From IMG/VR virus record IMGVR_UViG_3300027834_000005, positions 186,001 through 250,000 of that record: DNA of 64,000 nt. One strand, 5' to 3'. Below are positions 48,372 to 59,137 of this stretch, piece by piece. The notes under the pieces are model-generated. The model was not told where the DNA came from. It did not search any database and worked only from the letters and a program-made list of their open reading frames with translations. The translations under genes were made by a program, and so were the position numbers. Every line of letters begins with the position of its first letter. Position 1 is the first letter of the stretch.

Positions 48372-50351
48372 ATGCGCAATAATAATGATTTCACAGACAC
48401 CAGAAAGGTAAGGGCGATTCAGCTAAGACAGGAAGGTTCAAGCTTTAGTGAGATATCTAGAGATTTGGGCATTCCGTCTACTACTGTGCGTTACTTTATC
48501 AACCGTAAAACCCACGTTGAGTGGTGGAAGAAGTACAATAAAGGTAGTTTTTCCAAGATTTGCAATACTATGGGCTTTGTGTCAACCGCTATACCACAGC
48601 CTATCCCTGCAGACGCTAACGACTATACCTTATGTAACGACAGCATAAAGAAATTAGCTGTTGATATGAAAGAAAATATGTATATGTCCAATGCTAAGAT
48701 AGCTAAAGAGCTTAATTTGGAAGAAACATGTGTCAGACGCTTCTTTTCCAAGATAACTTATCAGGAATGGTGGGAAAATCTAGGGGATGCGAGTGGAACA
48801 GGTTCATTAAGTGATGATGCGGTAGTTGATGACGGCGCTGAGATCCCAGAAGAGCCTGTATTTATGGGCGAAATGGACGAAATCCAGTATGACCATAACT
48901 ATCTTGACAAAAACACAGTTTTTGTGATAAGCTCAGCACAGAATAACACCCATGTTAATATTGAATTCATGGATGCGCTTGAATCTTACTGTTCTCATAA
49001 TGATGCGGAGCTGTTGATATCGCCATTCTACTACAATACCAGTGGTATGTTAGGTAATAAAACGGACGAAGCTGTATATGACGACAGAGTGGAACCTTAT
49101 TTAGTTAAGGAACCTATTAAATTGTGTGATTATTTAGGCGGATTGGTATTTTGTGCTGAATTGGATATTTTACCAACGGCAGTAAACCCATTTTCAGGCC
49201 TACATACGTATACTAAGCTGGCTAGTAGTATTATCCCTCATACTAGAATGCAGTTAGAGTCTGTGGTCACGCCTAAGTCAGATGTGTGTAGAATGTTGTA
49301 TTCTACGGGCACTACGACCATGCGTAACTATGTGCAGCGTAAAGCTGGGCAAAAGGCTAGTTTCCATCACGTGTTCGGAGCGTTAGTCGTTGAGATTGAC
49401 CATAAGAACCAGTGCTGGTACGTGAGACAGCTTAATTCAGATAAAGACGGGTCTATCCAAGACCTAGATACGGTTTATATGCCAGACGGATCTGTTAGAA
49501 GCGGAGAAATTGAAGCTATTAACTGGGGTGATCTTCATGCTGAGAAGTGTGAACAGGAACAGATGGATCTTTGTTTCGGTGAAAAGGGCATTCTTAACTC
49601 TTTACAGCCAAGATACCAATTTGCGCATGATTTAAGTGACTTCACACCACGTAATCATCACAATAGGAAAGATCCTCACTTCTTGTATAAGACATCTAAC
49701 AGTGCTATACGTACTGTAGAGGATGGTTTGGTTCAAGCAGCTGATGTTATCAAAGAAATGTCTCGTGATTGGTGTGAAACTGTAATAGTAAACTCAAATC
49801 ATGATAATGCTCTTGTTAAATGGTTAAAAGAAGCCGATTATAGAACAGATCCAGACAACGCCAAGTTCTTCTTGACCGCGCAGCTGGAATGTTACGACGC
49901 TATTGACAGAAATGACAATAACTTCAGTATATTCGAGAAGTCTTTGACTGAATTAATCAGAGATCCAGTGGATATGTCCGCAGCCAACGTTAAATTCTTG
50001 AGAGAGGATGAATCTTTCAAAATTTGCACGTCAAAGATGGATGATTCTATAGAATGTGGATTCCACGGGCACACAGGTAATAACGGAGCGCGTGGGTCAG
50101 TAATGTCCTACCAACGTCTTAGTAGCAGAGTGAATATAGGCCATTCTCACTCAGCAACGATCAAAGACGGTGTTTATCAAGCCGGTGTGACAGGTAACCT
50201 AGACATGGGTTATAATATTGGTGCTAGTAGCTGGAGCCACTCACATATCGTGACTTATGCTAACGGTAAACGTACTATTATAACTACGCACGGTGAAGGA
50301 TGGAGACTACAGGCAGATGATAGTCAAAATTCTTTACATGTGGGTACTTGA
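48372..50351 (+). CDS. T5 A1-like metallophosphoesterase nuclease with N-terminal HTH repeats
   Basis: ISSAQNNT, WGDLH, SNHD, HGH.G.NG.RGS, GHSHS, LDMGYN.G.SSWSHSH. Confidence 0.75.
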   Translation: MRNNNDFTDTRKVRAIQLRQEGSSFSEISRDLGIPSTTVRYFINRKTHVEWWKKYNKGSFSKICNTMGFVSTAIPQPIPADANDYTLCNDSIKKLAVDMKENMYMSNAKIAKELNLEETCVRRFFSKITYQEWWENLGDASGTGSLSDDAVVDDGAEIPEEPVFMGEMDEIQYDHNYLDKNTVFVISSAQNNTHVNIEFMDALESYCSHNDAELLISPFYYNTSGMLGNKTDEAVYDDRVEPYLVKEPIKLCDYLGGLVFCAELDILPTAVNPFSGLHTYTKLASSIIPHTRMQLESVVTPKSDVCRMLYSTGTTTMRNYVQRKAGQKASFHHVFGALVVEIDHKNQCWYVRQLNSDKDGSIQDLDTVYMPDGSVRSGEIEAINWGDLHAEKCEQEQMDLCFGEKGILNSLQPRYQFAHDLSDFTPRNHHNRKDPHFLYKTSNSAIRTVEDGLVQAADVIKEMSRDWCETVIVNSNHDNALVKWLKEADYRTDPDNAKFFLTAQLECYDAIDRNDNNFSIFEKSLTELIRDPVDMSAANVKFLREDESFKICTSKMDDSIECGFHGHTGNNGARGSVMSYQRLSSRVNIGHSHSATIKDGVYQAGVTGNLDMGYNIGASSWSHSHIVTYANGKRTIITTHGEGWRLQADDSQNSLHVGT

Positions 50352-50670
50352 CATTAGGTTTACAATGTTATAATATAAAAGGGCTGAAATGCCCTTTTTT
50401 TATGGGTAGTCCATAAATAAAGATATATGAAAGAGAGGCAGTATGGATTTTTTCACTAAGGTTGACGGTGTTTGTGAGAAGTGTGAAGTAATACAGGTTG
50501 CATGGGAGGAAAAGGAAGCCAAAGTGCGCATTGAAGATAGCGATGAGAAGAGGACTACGTCCTTATATAACATGGCTATGCAAACTTCATTGCATAATAA
50601 GGTTCCTTTTGAAGAAGTCGTGGAATACCTCCACGACATAATGGGCGAAAGCCCTTAAAAAGGAAATAAA

Positions 50671-52833
50671 ATGTTAAAAGTAATGAAGGGTATGATATTT
50701 GTAATATTCTGCTCTGTTATATTGTCAGGTTGTATATCAGGCATGGAGAATCCGTTCTCTAAATATTTAGTCGTTAGTCCTATCATGTTCGACATGATTA
50801 CGCAAGAAGATATAGACTCAGGATTTGAAGTAGTCATAAAGACTCCTGATGATACTGTCGTGCCTATATATTTTAATGGACAAAACGTAACGTCATGCTT
50901 TACGTGGAGCGGAGTTATTGCCTCCTCGGACATCACGTGTATGAGTGACTATATCAGGCAAGATAGAAATACTATCTCTGTTAATCCACAAAGTTTATTC
51001 GGTGGAACGACTCGTTATTTCACTATGGACACTGAAGGACCGTCAGTTAGTATTAAAACTGTGTGTTATTTGGCGTCAGGCGATTGTACGCTTTCTAATA
51101 CTGGTGACGTGGCGATAACTGTTCAGTATATTGATCCGTCTGAAGTATTATCGACTACGGTTAACGGAATTACCCCTCATGCGGAGAATGGCACCGTGAG
51201 AACCTACATTATTGGCGTGTCAGATAAGTACACGTTCGACTCTGTTGATTCTTTAGGTTACACTAGCACTCACTACTTTAAAAGTGAAGGTCAAAGGCTT
51301 GATGAGATCGTCAACGTACGTATTGATGAGACTATGCTTGGAGCTTTGATACCTCTAATAAACGAGGGAGCGTCCGCTAAAGAGTTTGGTGCATTAGATA
51401 AGAGTGATCCTATAATGGAAGGCGTAGAAGCTCAAATTCTCGGTCTTTCTAACATGCTAATCACTGTGCATTACATGAAGGTCGGATCTTTCAAGATTAA
51501 AGAGATATCTATAAACGACTCTAACGCTGATCTTGAAACTAGAATGACCATGGAGCCTTTAGGTACTAATTGGGTCAATAATAACGATATAGTTGAGACT
51601 CCCTCAGACGTCGGTGTCGAAGTGTTCATGACTATGCAAGATGTGTTGTGGTGTTATGATCCATTGGGATGGATACCAGCTTGTCAACCATGTGCTCATT
51701 CTGCGTTTGATATGTGTCAGAATGGTCTTATAAAAACGGACATGCACATGTTCATTGAGAAAATGAATGTTAATGCCCGTGTTAACGACGATATTGTCAC
51801 TAATGGCAACTTCCACATCAAATTGGAAAAACTAGCTAGTGGGCAAGACGTTCTGGTGATGAAAGATACTTGCGCTGATAACTGTGTTGCTGGTGAACCT
51901 GCTGACGAAGGTATCATGGGATGGTTAATTTCGTCTTCGATTCTTAGAGGAATGATTCTGACTATTGTTGAAGATACTGTCAATCGTAACTTGAATGAAA
52001 TCGAACTAGGTTCTAATTTCAAGTTTGATTCTGGATCGGAAGCTGAATTGAGTGTCCGTGTAGATACATTAACCACTGATATTGGTAGCGGAGATAACAT
52101 CGGTAATATGAATATTGGTTTGTCCGGTATATTTGATACAATCGTGCCTGATCCAACCATAGCACCTGCATTAGGCTCATATCATATTGAAGATGATCCG
52201 TTACCTAGTACAGAGGATGATGGTTCTGCAATGGCTGTCGTACTGAATAGTAACGCGGTAAACCAAGCGTTCTTGGCAATGTACAATACTGGAGCTACCC
52301 ATTTAACGTTGCTTAATGGTGAGGTCCATACTGGATTGGGAGTAACTGATGATCTTGGGAAAGCTGGAGATTTGAGAATAGAAATGAATCCCTCAAGTCC
52401 AGGTGGATTCCATTTGGCACAAGGCACTACTAATAACTTGGCATTCTTATCCTTTAGAGGCGCAGAGGCTATTGTGGCGGCTAAGCAGAGTGATGGCACG
52501 TGGTCTAAAGTTACAAGAATAGACATGGACATCAAAGCTGGTGTTATGATGGGTGTAGAGGGCGGTTATCTGAAGATGACTATAGCTAATACTCCTGAGT
52601 TCACAATAAACCACATGGATGATATAAACTATAAAGGGCAGAACTTAGCTTTCTTCCTAAATCACGGTTTTATTGAGAAGCTGTTGGAAGTTAGTCTTGA
52701 ATGGCTCATCCCGTATGTAGCGGATAGTCGTTTGACCATTGATGTTGGTAAGTTAGGCATAGATAAACTTTATACTGATAAAGTAGATACTAAGTCAGGA
52801 CATTTACATTTCCAAAACGGAATAAGTCAATAA
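50671..52833 (+). CDS. Large lipoprotein, possible BPI/LBP (TULIP)-like lipid-binding C-terminal region
   Basis: Lipobox LSGC; LNSNAVNQAFLAMYNTG motif. Confidence 0.5.
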   Translation: MLKVMKGMIFVIFCSVILSGCISGMENPFSKYLVVSPIMFDMITQEDIDSGFEVVIKTPDDTVVPIYFNGQNVTSCFTWSGVIASSDITCMSDYIRQDRNTISVNPQSLFGGTTRYFTMDTEGPSVSIKTVCYLASGDCTLSNTGDVAITVQYIDPSEVLSTTVNGITPHAENGTVRTYIIGVSDKYTFDSVDSLGYTSTHYFKSEGQRLDEIVNVRIDETMLGALIPLINEGASAKEFGALDKSDPIMEGVEAQILGLSNMLITVHYMKVGSFKIKEISINDSNADLETRMTMEPLGTNWVNNNDIVETPSDVGVEVFMTMQDVLWCYDPLGWIPACQPCAHSAFDMCQNGLIKTDMHMFIEKMNVNARVNDDIVTNGNFHIKLEKLASGQDVLVMKDTCADNCVAGEPADEGIMGWLISSSILRGMILTIVEDTVNRNLNEIELGSNFKFDSGSEAELSVRVDTLTTDIGSGDNIGNMNIGLSGIFDTIVPDPTIAPALGSYHIEDDPLPSTEDDGSAMAVVLNSNAVNQAFLAMYNTGATHLTLLNGEVHTGLGVTDDLGKAGDLRIEMNPSSPGGFHLAQGTTNNLAFLSFRGAEAIVAAKQSDGTWSKVTRIDMDIKAGVMMGVEGGYLKMTIANTPEFTINHMDDINYKGQNLAFFLNHGFIEKLLEVSLEWLIPYVADSRLTIDVGKLGIDKLYTDKVDTKSGHLHFQNGISQ

Positions 52834-52849
52834 ATAATAGGAAGACGTA

Positions 52850-53305
52850 ATGTCTGATAAAAAAGTTGTGTATATAGATTTAGATGATACAACGTGTGAT
52901 TATACATTAAGGAAGAATGAGTTCACTGAACTTTTCCCAGAGGTTACATACCCACAGTCAACGATAGGTTTCTTTGAAGATTTGGAACCTATCGACTATT
53001 CTCTATGCTGTATTGCCCAGATCATAGACTGTGGTAAATATGACGTATGGATAGCGACTGCTCCTAGTGTAAAAAATCTGCATTGTTATTCTGAAAAAGC
53101 CAAGTGGGTACTTGATTATCTTGGCGAAGAAATGCAAGAAAAAATGATCATCATAAATGACAAGAGTAAGCTTAAAGGCGACTTTCTTATCGATGATCTA
53201 GAAGCCGGTAAAGGACAAGAAAACTTTGAGGGTGAACTCATCGTGTACGGTTCTGATAAATGGCAGACATGGATAGACATAACTGTTTATTTGGTTAATT
53301 TATAA
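52850..53305 (+). CDS. 5'(3')-deoxyribonucleotidase (HAD, NT5C)
   Basis: YIDLDDT, ATAP, EKAKWV, GDFLIDD. Confidence 0.85.
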   Translation: MSDKKVVYIDLDDTTCDYTLRKNEFTELFPEVTYPQSTIGFFEDLEPIDYSLCCIAQIIDCGKYDVWIATAPSVKNLHCYSEKAKWVLDYLGEEMQEKMIIINDKSKLKGDFLIDDLEAGKGQENFEGELIVYGSDKWQTWIDITVYLVNL

Positions 53306-53686
53306 GGAATGAAATATGATTCAATGTATAGAGTGTAACGATACTGGGTTCGTAATAGATATAACATATTGGGACACCGACATTGGAGAATATAAGCATG
53401 AAGAAAGGCCATGCGAGGATTGTGAAAAACACGCGGAGTTAAGAGAACAAGAAGGTAACAAAACATTAGTTTATTATGCTATCGTTCTAGAATTTCGTGG
53501 AATCACAAGATACTGGCAAGGTGATACTTGGCGTGATGTGTGCGGGATTCAATTCAGCACCTCAGTCAAGGCTCTAAATTATGCATCTGTGAACTTGCAG
53601 AGAATGCTAAAATGCAGTAACATGTGCAAAGACAATATTAAAGTAAGAGAATGTATTGTTAATACAACCGGAGTTGAGTTTTCTTT

Positions 53687-53878
53687 ATGATAGCATGTAT
53701 ATGTAACAACATAAAACAAAGTGACGTAGTGGAAGCCTTAGAGGGTTTAGATAACCCTGAAGATTTACACGAAGCATTGGGCACGAGTGTCCAGTGCGGG
53801 TCATGCCTTACACACATTAAAGAGGTCTTCGATGGCATTGCAGCAAACCGAGTGCAAAAAATTCGTATTGTACAATAA
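53687..53878 (+). CDS. bfd: Bacterioferritin-associated ferredoxin-like protein
   Basis: MIACICN....QCGSC [2Fe-2S] motif. Confidence 0.8.
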   Translation: MIACICNNIKQSDVVEALEGLDNPEDLHEALGTSVQCGSCLTHIKEVFDGIAANRVQKIRIVQ

Positions 53879-54067
53879 CGATACAGGAAAATTTAGATCA
53901 AGTAAAACCAGTAAGCGTTCCTATGGTAAATTCTCCATGGCTAATGTTTACAAGTATGAACATCTAGCCAGAAAAGCTAAGAACAACGACGACGTTATAA
54001 TCCCTATCACTATAAAAATAGATGAAGCGGATATATTCATGACTGTTCTCGCAGGAGACAAGAAGTC

Positions 54068-54556
54068 ATGATGTGGTTAAAAATGTTAACCAGTAAGGCT
54101 GGTCTGTCCATCATCGCCATTACTATTTTGTCTCTGGCTGCGTATGGCGGATATAAGTATGTCACCCATCTCCAGTATACTGTCGCTGAACAATCTGAAG
54201 AGATTACGGGACTCAAGAAAGATCTCAAGGACAAGGAGACCATCATCGTTAAGATGAAGGCTGACTACACCGCACAGAACAAACTGAAGAAGAAGCTAAG
54301 TCGAGATAAGACGGCACTGAATAGTCAGTTGGTAGAGCTATCAAAGTCTTTTAATAAGGTAAGAGCGAACGGCACCAAGAGAGATCTTGGGGCTTTAGCG
54401 TTAGGCAAGCCAAAATTAGTGGAGAATATCATCAACGCTGCCACTAGAAATGTCATAAGGTGCGCAGAGATGGCATCAGGTTCTGTCCCCTTAGAGGGAG
54501 AGAAGAATAGTAAATGTCAGCATATAGTTGATTCATTTAAGGTGGCAGAACAGTGA
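54068..54556 (+). CDS. Inner-membrane spanin (Rz-like)
   Basis: N-terminal TM, coiled coil, KPKLVENIIN; overlaps a downstream lipoprotein. Confidence 0.7.
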   Translation: MMWLKMLTSKAGLSIIAITILSLAAYGGYKYVTHLQYTVAEQSEEITGLKKDLKDKETIIVKMKADYTAQNKLKKKLSRDKTALNSQLVELSKSFNKVRANGTKRDLGALALGKPKLVENIINAATRNVIRCAEMASGSVPLEGEKNSKCQHIVDSFKVAEQ

Positions 54557-54915
54557 AAAATATATTTATATGTATGATGTTGTCGGTATTTCTTAGTGGG
54601 TGTTTTTGGGTCCGTGACTGTGACGTGCCATATGAAAAGGCACCTATAGAGCTAGATGGCATACCTCCATTAGAACTTAGAGAATTAAGATTCACTGAGA
54701 TAACCGAGAGAAACCAAGCTGAAATTTTTAAGATGTTGAGAGATAAAGGTATAGACCCAGTACTTATGGGACTAACTGATGTTATGTACGAGAATTTGTC
54801 CTTCAATCATGCAGAAAAGGTAAATATCATCTTTATGCAGAGACGCCAGATAGAAACTCTTAAAGAGTACTATAAAAGCGATAAGAAACCAACGGAAGAC
54901 AAAGAAGATGAGTAG
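54553..54915 (+). CDS. Outer-membrane spanin (Rz1-like lipoprotein)
   Basis: Lipobox LSGC, Pro-rich segment, YENLS.N motif. Confidence 0.7.
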   Translation: MKNIFICMMLSVFLSGCFWVRDCDVPYEKAPIELDGIPPLELRELRFTEITERNQAEIFKMLRDKGIDPVLMGLTDVMYENLSFNHAEKVNIIFMQRRQIETLKEYYKSDKKPTEDKEDE

Positions 54916-55460
54916 AGGTTCACTAAAGCATATGTTGCAAGTGGCAAGTAAGAAAGCCGCGTTAGGCACCATAGTAGATTCCATAGAAGAATATACTGAT
55001 GCGGACATAGACGCTATAGTTACTCAGCCGGTATGGGTCAGAAAAAGATTAAAAGAACATCGTGAAAATATATTGCGTGCGAAACGAATGAGTGCTATGA
55101 TCATTCCAGAAGTTACAGAAGAGTGCCATTTATTGTACCCAGTAAGAAGATACGTTGGTAACACGACGCAGACTCTTTCTAACGGTAAAGGGTTTTCTCT
55201 GGAAATAGACCCGATGGATATCATGACAATTATTGGTGATGATAAACTAAAGGTTAATAGTACTAACATTATAGTAACTTCCGATGAATACAATTTTTTG
55301 ATGGATAATTCAGAATTTGTTGACATCATGTCAATTACTGACTATAATGAGTACTTACAAAATGTACTTGAAGAGAAATTCGGCACATCAAGTAAGGAAA
55401 CTGATCAACGCGACACTGAGTATGGGTATATGTCTGCTATTAGATTTGATAAATAGCTGT

Positions 55461-55811
55461 ATGAATATATTCGAGATAGTAGACCGAGAAGATCCAGTTG
55501 ACGAGTTTGAAGCTGAAGAGCAGGAAGATGAAAACACTGACGGTGATGTGAGTCCCGTAAAGAAGGCATTTAGAAGCGCACTTAACAAGTACAAACAGTT
55601 GGCTAAGAAAAACACCAAGAACCCAGTTGCATCTACGTGGATTGCTGATCTTGACTATGACCATGCTGCGAAAGAATGCACCATGAGGTTGAGTGACGGT
55701 AAGAATTACCGCATACAAGGTATGCAACCAGACGTATATTATAGCTGGGTGAAAGCACCATCAAAAGGTAAGTTTTTCCACCAACATATTAAAGACAACT
55801 ATTACGTATAA
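55461..55811 (+). CDS. KTSC-domain protein
   Basis: VASTWIADLDYD..Y.....P.VY..W..APSKGKFFHQHIK; TGATAAATA upstream. Confidence 0.8.
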   Translation: MNIFEIVDREDPVDEFEAEEQEDENTDGDVSPVKKAFRSALNKYKQLAKKNTKNPVASTWIADLDYDHAAKECTMRLSDGKNYRIQGMQPDVYYSWVKAPSKGKFFHQHIKDNYYV

Positions 55812-56820
55812 AACCAAAGGTGATCACTATGCAAGACACAATCATTGCGCAAATTTTAAGCTTCGACGATGAAATTAAAGATGGCGTTTCTCAAGAGAAA
55901 TTCCTTGAAGCCACTCGCCAGTTATCAGAGCAGATGCCAATCTCCGCTGAGATGGACGATCAGCAAAAGCGTGTGGTGTTAGCCAGTCGTATCAAGCATC
56001 TTACCGACAACAACATGTTGACGTATGATTTCACCATGACCTTAATGAAAACAGTCAGCGAAAAGCCGATTGAATATCTTGAAGAGTACATGTGCTTCTA
56101 AGCACGTGTATAACAGGGATATTCCCGCTAAAATAACAATTTTGTTGGAACATGCTATGCAGCACGTTTATATTGTCACGGAAGATATGTATTTTTTAAA
56201 TTTAAGATCTTCGAATACTATCACGGATGTCCACACGAATCCTGACAGCGCAGATCAAGAAATACATACTTTCATGGTCAAGAACGACTTGATCGATGGG
56301 TATAAGATTCGAACTGATGAATGGAACGGGACCACTCACGAGATGGTCCTAGTTAAATGGTTCGGTATATTAAGACGTGTTATTTCAGTAAAAAAGATGA
56401 CTATGCATGAAAAAAAGGCTATAGTGGAATCTGACACTGACATAGACTCGGAGCTTACAGATGGATCTTACGGAAACATCGTACACTAGCATGAAAGACA
56501 TCTCTATCGGTATGTTAGATGGAGATCCTGTTGCATTTGCACTAGCAAAGCGCATCTCTGATGAACAAAAAAGAAAATACATTACTGTGTATGATAAGGA
56601 CCATAGGCTTTTCTATGGTTTTTATTCTTTTAGTTATTCTGAATGTAAAGCTAAATCTGTAGCTTTTTTCAAGTACACCACTCATTGTCGAGCTAATAAC
56701 TACGCTTCTATGGATTATTGTGAATTTAAGAACATGGTTAAATTTGTTTCTAGATCAGAGTATATGGAAGCTGAAAAGACTATAGGTTCAAGATTCAAAG
56801 ATTTGTAGAAATACAGACGA

Positions 56821-56849
56821 AAAAAAAGGTGACCTAAGTCACCTTTTTT
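56821..56849. terminator. Bidirectional intrinsic terminator
   Basis: AAAAAAAGGTGAC CTAA GTCACCTTTTTT between convergent genes. Confidence 0.85.
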
Positions 56850-56862
56850 AGTTGTGTTCCGA

Positions 56863-57669
56863 TTAAGGAGCTGCAACTGTTACTGTAGGATTAGCAACAT
56901 AACCTGCGCCAGCATTACCGACAGAGATTGTGTCAACTACGTCACCGATAAGGGCAGAAGTAGCTGTAGCTTGAGTCTTGGTAACTGCAGAAATAGTAAC
57001 TGTCTCATCACCAACATAGTCAGTGTTACCGCCAGAAGCAGTGATAGAAGTAACCACACCGTTAGTTAGAACAGCTGTGAATGTAGCGCCAGTACCAGTA
57101 CCGCCAGATTGAGTTACTGTAGGTGCAGATGCATAGCCAGAACCGCCGTTAGAGATAAGGGCAGATTGGTCAGCGTCAGGGTCAGCAGCAGTTTGTGCAA
57201 CGAAACCAGATACGGTAGCGTCAGTCGCGTCAGGCGCAGACAACGTAACTACTGGAGCACCAGCATATCCGCCGCCGCCATCAGTTACTGTGATAGCATC
57301 AACAGTGTACGATGCAGTAATAGATGCAGAAGCAGTAGCAGGACCGAATCCTTCAACAGTTAACGCAGGAACTAATGTACCAACTACGTTACCGGCACCA
57401 TCTCTCCACACGCCACTTTCAGTACCGTCGAAGTAATACATTCTGTATTGGGTGATTTTACTTACATTTTTACCGTTGTGAGTCAATTGACCTTCAGTGG
57501 CAGTTGCAGGAACGCCATCAGTAAGGGTAACTCTGCCAGATGCAACGTCATATTTGCGTGATCCAGTCTGTTTGATAATTGGCTCGTCGCCAGATGTAGT
57601 TGTTAGTGTTAGGTCACCTGTAGCGCCGTCTTTGGCAGTGAACCATTTTTTCTTAATTGGTCTTCCCAT
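56863..57669 (-). CDS. Virion structural protein (Ala/Thr-rich repeats)
   Basis: MGRPIKKKWF start; GGxGY..APxVT repeats; late promoter upstream. Confidence 0.7.
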   Translation of the reverse strand: MGRPIKKKWFTAKDGATGDLTLTTTSGDEPIIKQTGSRKYDVASGRVTLTDGVPATATEGQLTHNGKNVSKITQYRMYYFDGTESGVWRDGAGNVVGTLVPALTVEGFGPATASASITASYTVDAITVTDGGGGYAGAPVVTLSAPDATDATVSGFVAQTAADPDADQSALISNGGSGYASAPTVTQSGGTGTGATFTAVLTNGVVTSITASGGNTDYVGDETVTISAVTKTQATATSALIGDVVDTISVGNAGAGYVANPTVTVAAP

Positions 57670-58019
57670 GGGGGATTCTCCTGTTTATTTAGTTACATGG
57701 AGAAACATGTGAATTTTGACTTCTCCAGTTATGGATACGTGGTCGCAATATCGGAGATATGCTTACGTATATGCATCTATTTATCAGAATTGTAATATTG
57801 TGTTTTTTTATGAATATGATAAGTATAGGTATAGTTCCAAATATTTGACTGTCACCGGAAGAGATGTTATAATGAATAGAATATGTACTGCTACTAAGTT
57901 AGAGTTTAGCGAGTATAGTTATGCCAAAGTTTTATGGGAGAGAGATCCTGTGCGTATCTGTCCCCATTGCAGAATCGCAGTAAATGTCGGGTTCTTCAAT
58001 ACGCATCCAAACATGAATA

Positions 58020-58745
58020 GTGAAAAGAAGAATGAATGATGTGAGAGTTACTAGAGTACTACATAGAAAAAGTAATACGCCTCGGTCTGCTGAGTCTAAG
58101 TCTTTTGTTGAGAGATCTGCCAAATATTCTAATATGGCTTATCTTCCTGAAGAGAACATCAGAAATAGACTGACATCTGAGGGCGCTACTAAGATCTTTA
58201 TATATTCATATGAGGGTATGTTGGCTTTCATGGCAGAACTCGAACACGATATAGTCGTATCCTTCAGGGGCGTAGATACGGCTGCAGAATTCAAGACTAT
58301 AATGAAATTCTGGAAACGCGATCAGTGCGGTGTCCAAGTTCATTCTGGATTTGCAGAGAGCGTAGATAAGTTCTCCAGATTCATAATCCACGATATAAAC
58401 GTCATGTCTAAGAACAAAAAAATACTTTATACCGGCCATTCTTTTGGCGGGGCAATGGCATTACTCTTGACATTAAACCATAAACCTGATATTATATGCA
58501 CATTCGGTGCCCCTAAAGCTGGGGGAGGAATAGGCTTTACTAAGCTATTCGAAGGCATAGAGGTCCATAGAGTACAGACTAAGTCTGATTTTGTTACCTT
58601 GTTGCCGCCTAGCATACCTATGTTGATGGAATATGATCATGTGGGTGACTTGGTACAGCTCGATGGCATTGTCCATCCGTATGAGACGCACAGGATGCGT
58701 ATCTACACAAAAGCGGTCATAAGGAAAGAAAGAAATGTCACGTAG
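58020..58745 (+). CDS. Class 3 lipase
   Basis: VSFRG, VHSGF, TGHSFGGA, TFGAP, D.V..LP motifs. Confidence 0.85.
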   Translation: MKRRMNDVRVTRVLHRKSNTPRSAESKSFVERSAKYSNMAYLPEENIRNRLTSEGATKIFIYSYEGMLAFMAELEHDIVVSFRGVDTAAEFKTIMKFWKRDQCGVQVHSGFAESVDKFSRFIIHDINVMSKNKKILYTGHSFGGAMALLLTLNHKPDIICTFGAPKAGGGIGFTKLFEGIEVHRVQTKSDFVTLLPPSIPMLMEYDHVGDLVQLDGIVHPYETHRMRIYTKAVIRKERNVT

Positions 58746-59137
58746 TGGATTTTTTGATGAGGACGATGGAATGAGAAAATATAGTAGTAAAGACGATTTC
58801 TTATATGAAATGTTAAAGAGTAATGTGAGCGGTCATACGATCAAGAGCGCAACAAAGAAGAGAACATCTCCGATGCAAGAAACTAGTAAAAGAAAACGTG
58901 ATACCCTCCAAGAGAGAAACTATTACATGATGCCCACCAAGATAGAGCAATACGCGGATCTGGCAGTTATCAAAGCTTTCTATACCGGACAGGCAACTGG
59001 CAAGGTCGTTCCTGTGGCCATTGGTGGTTACCTTACTATGGCCTTTGAGGTTGAAGCAGACGCCTTTTTGCATAAGGCTAGTGGCTGGGAAGGTATGATT
59101 ATGGAATTACTTGATTATTAAGACTGGGGAATAGAAC

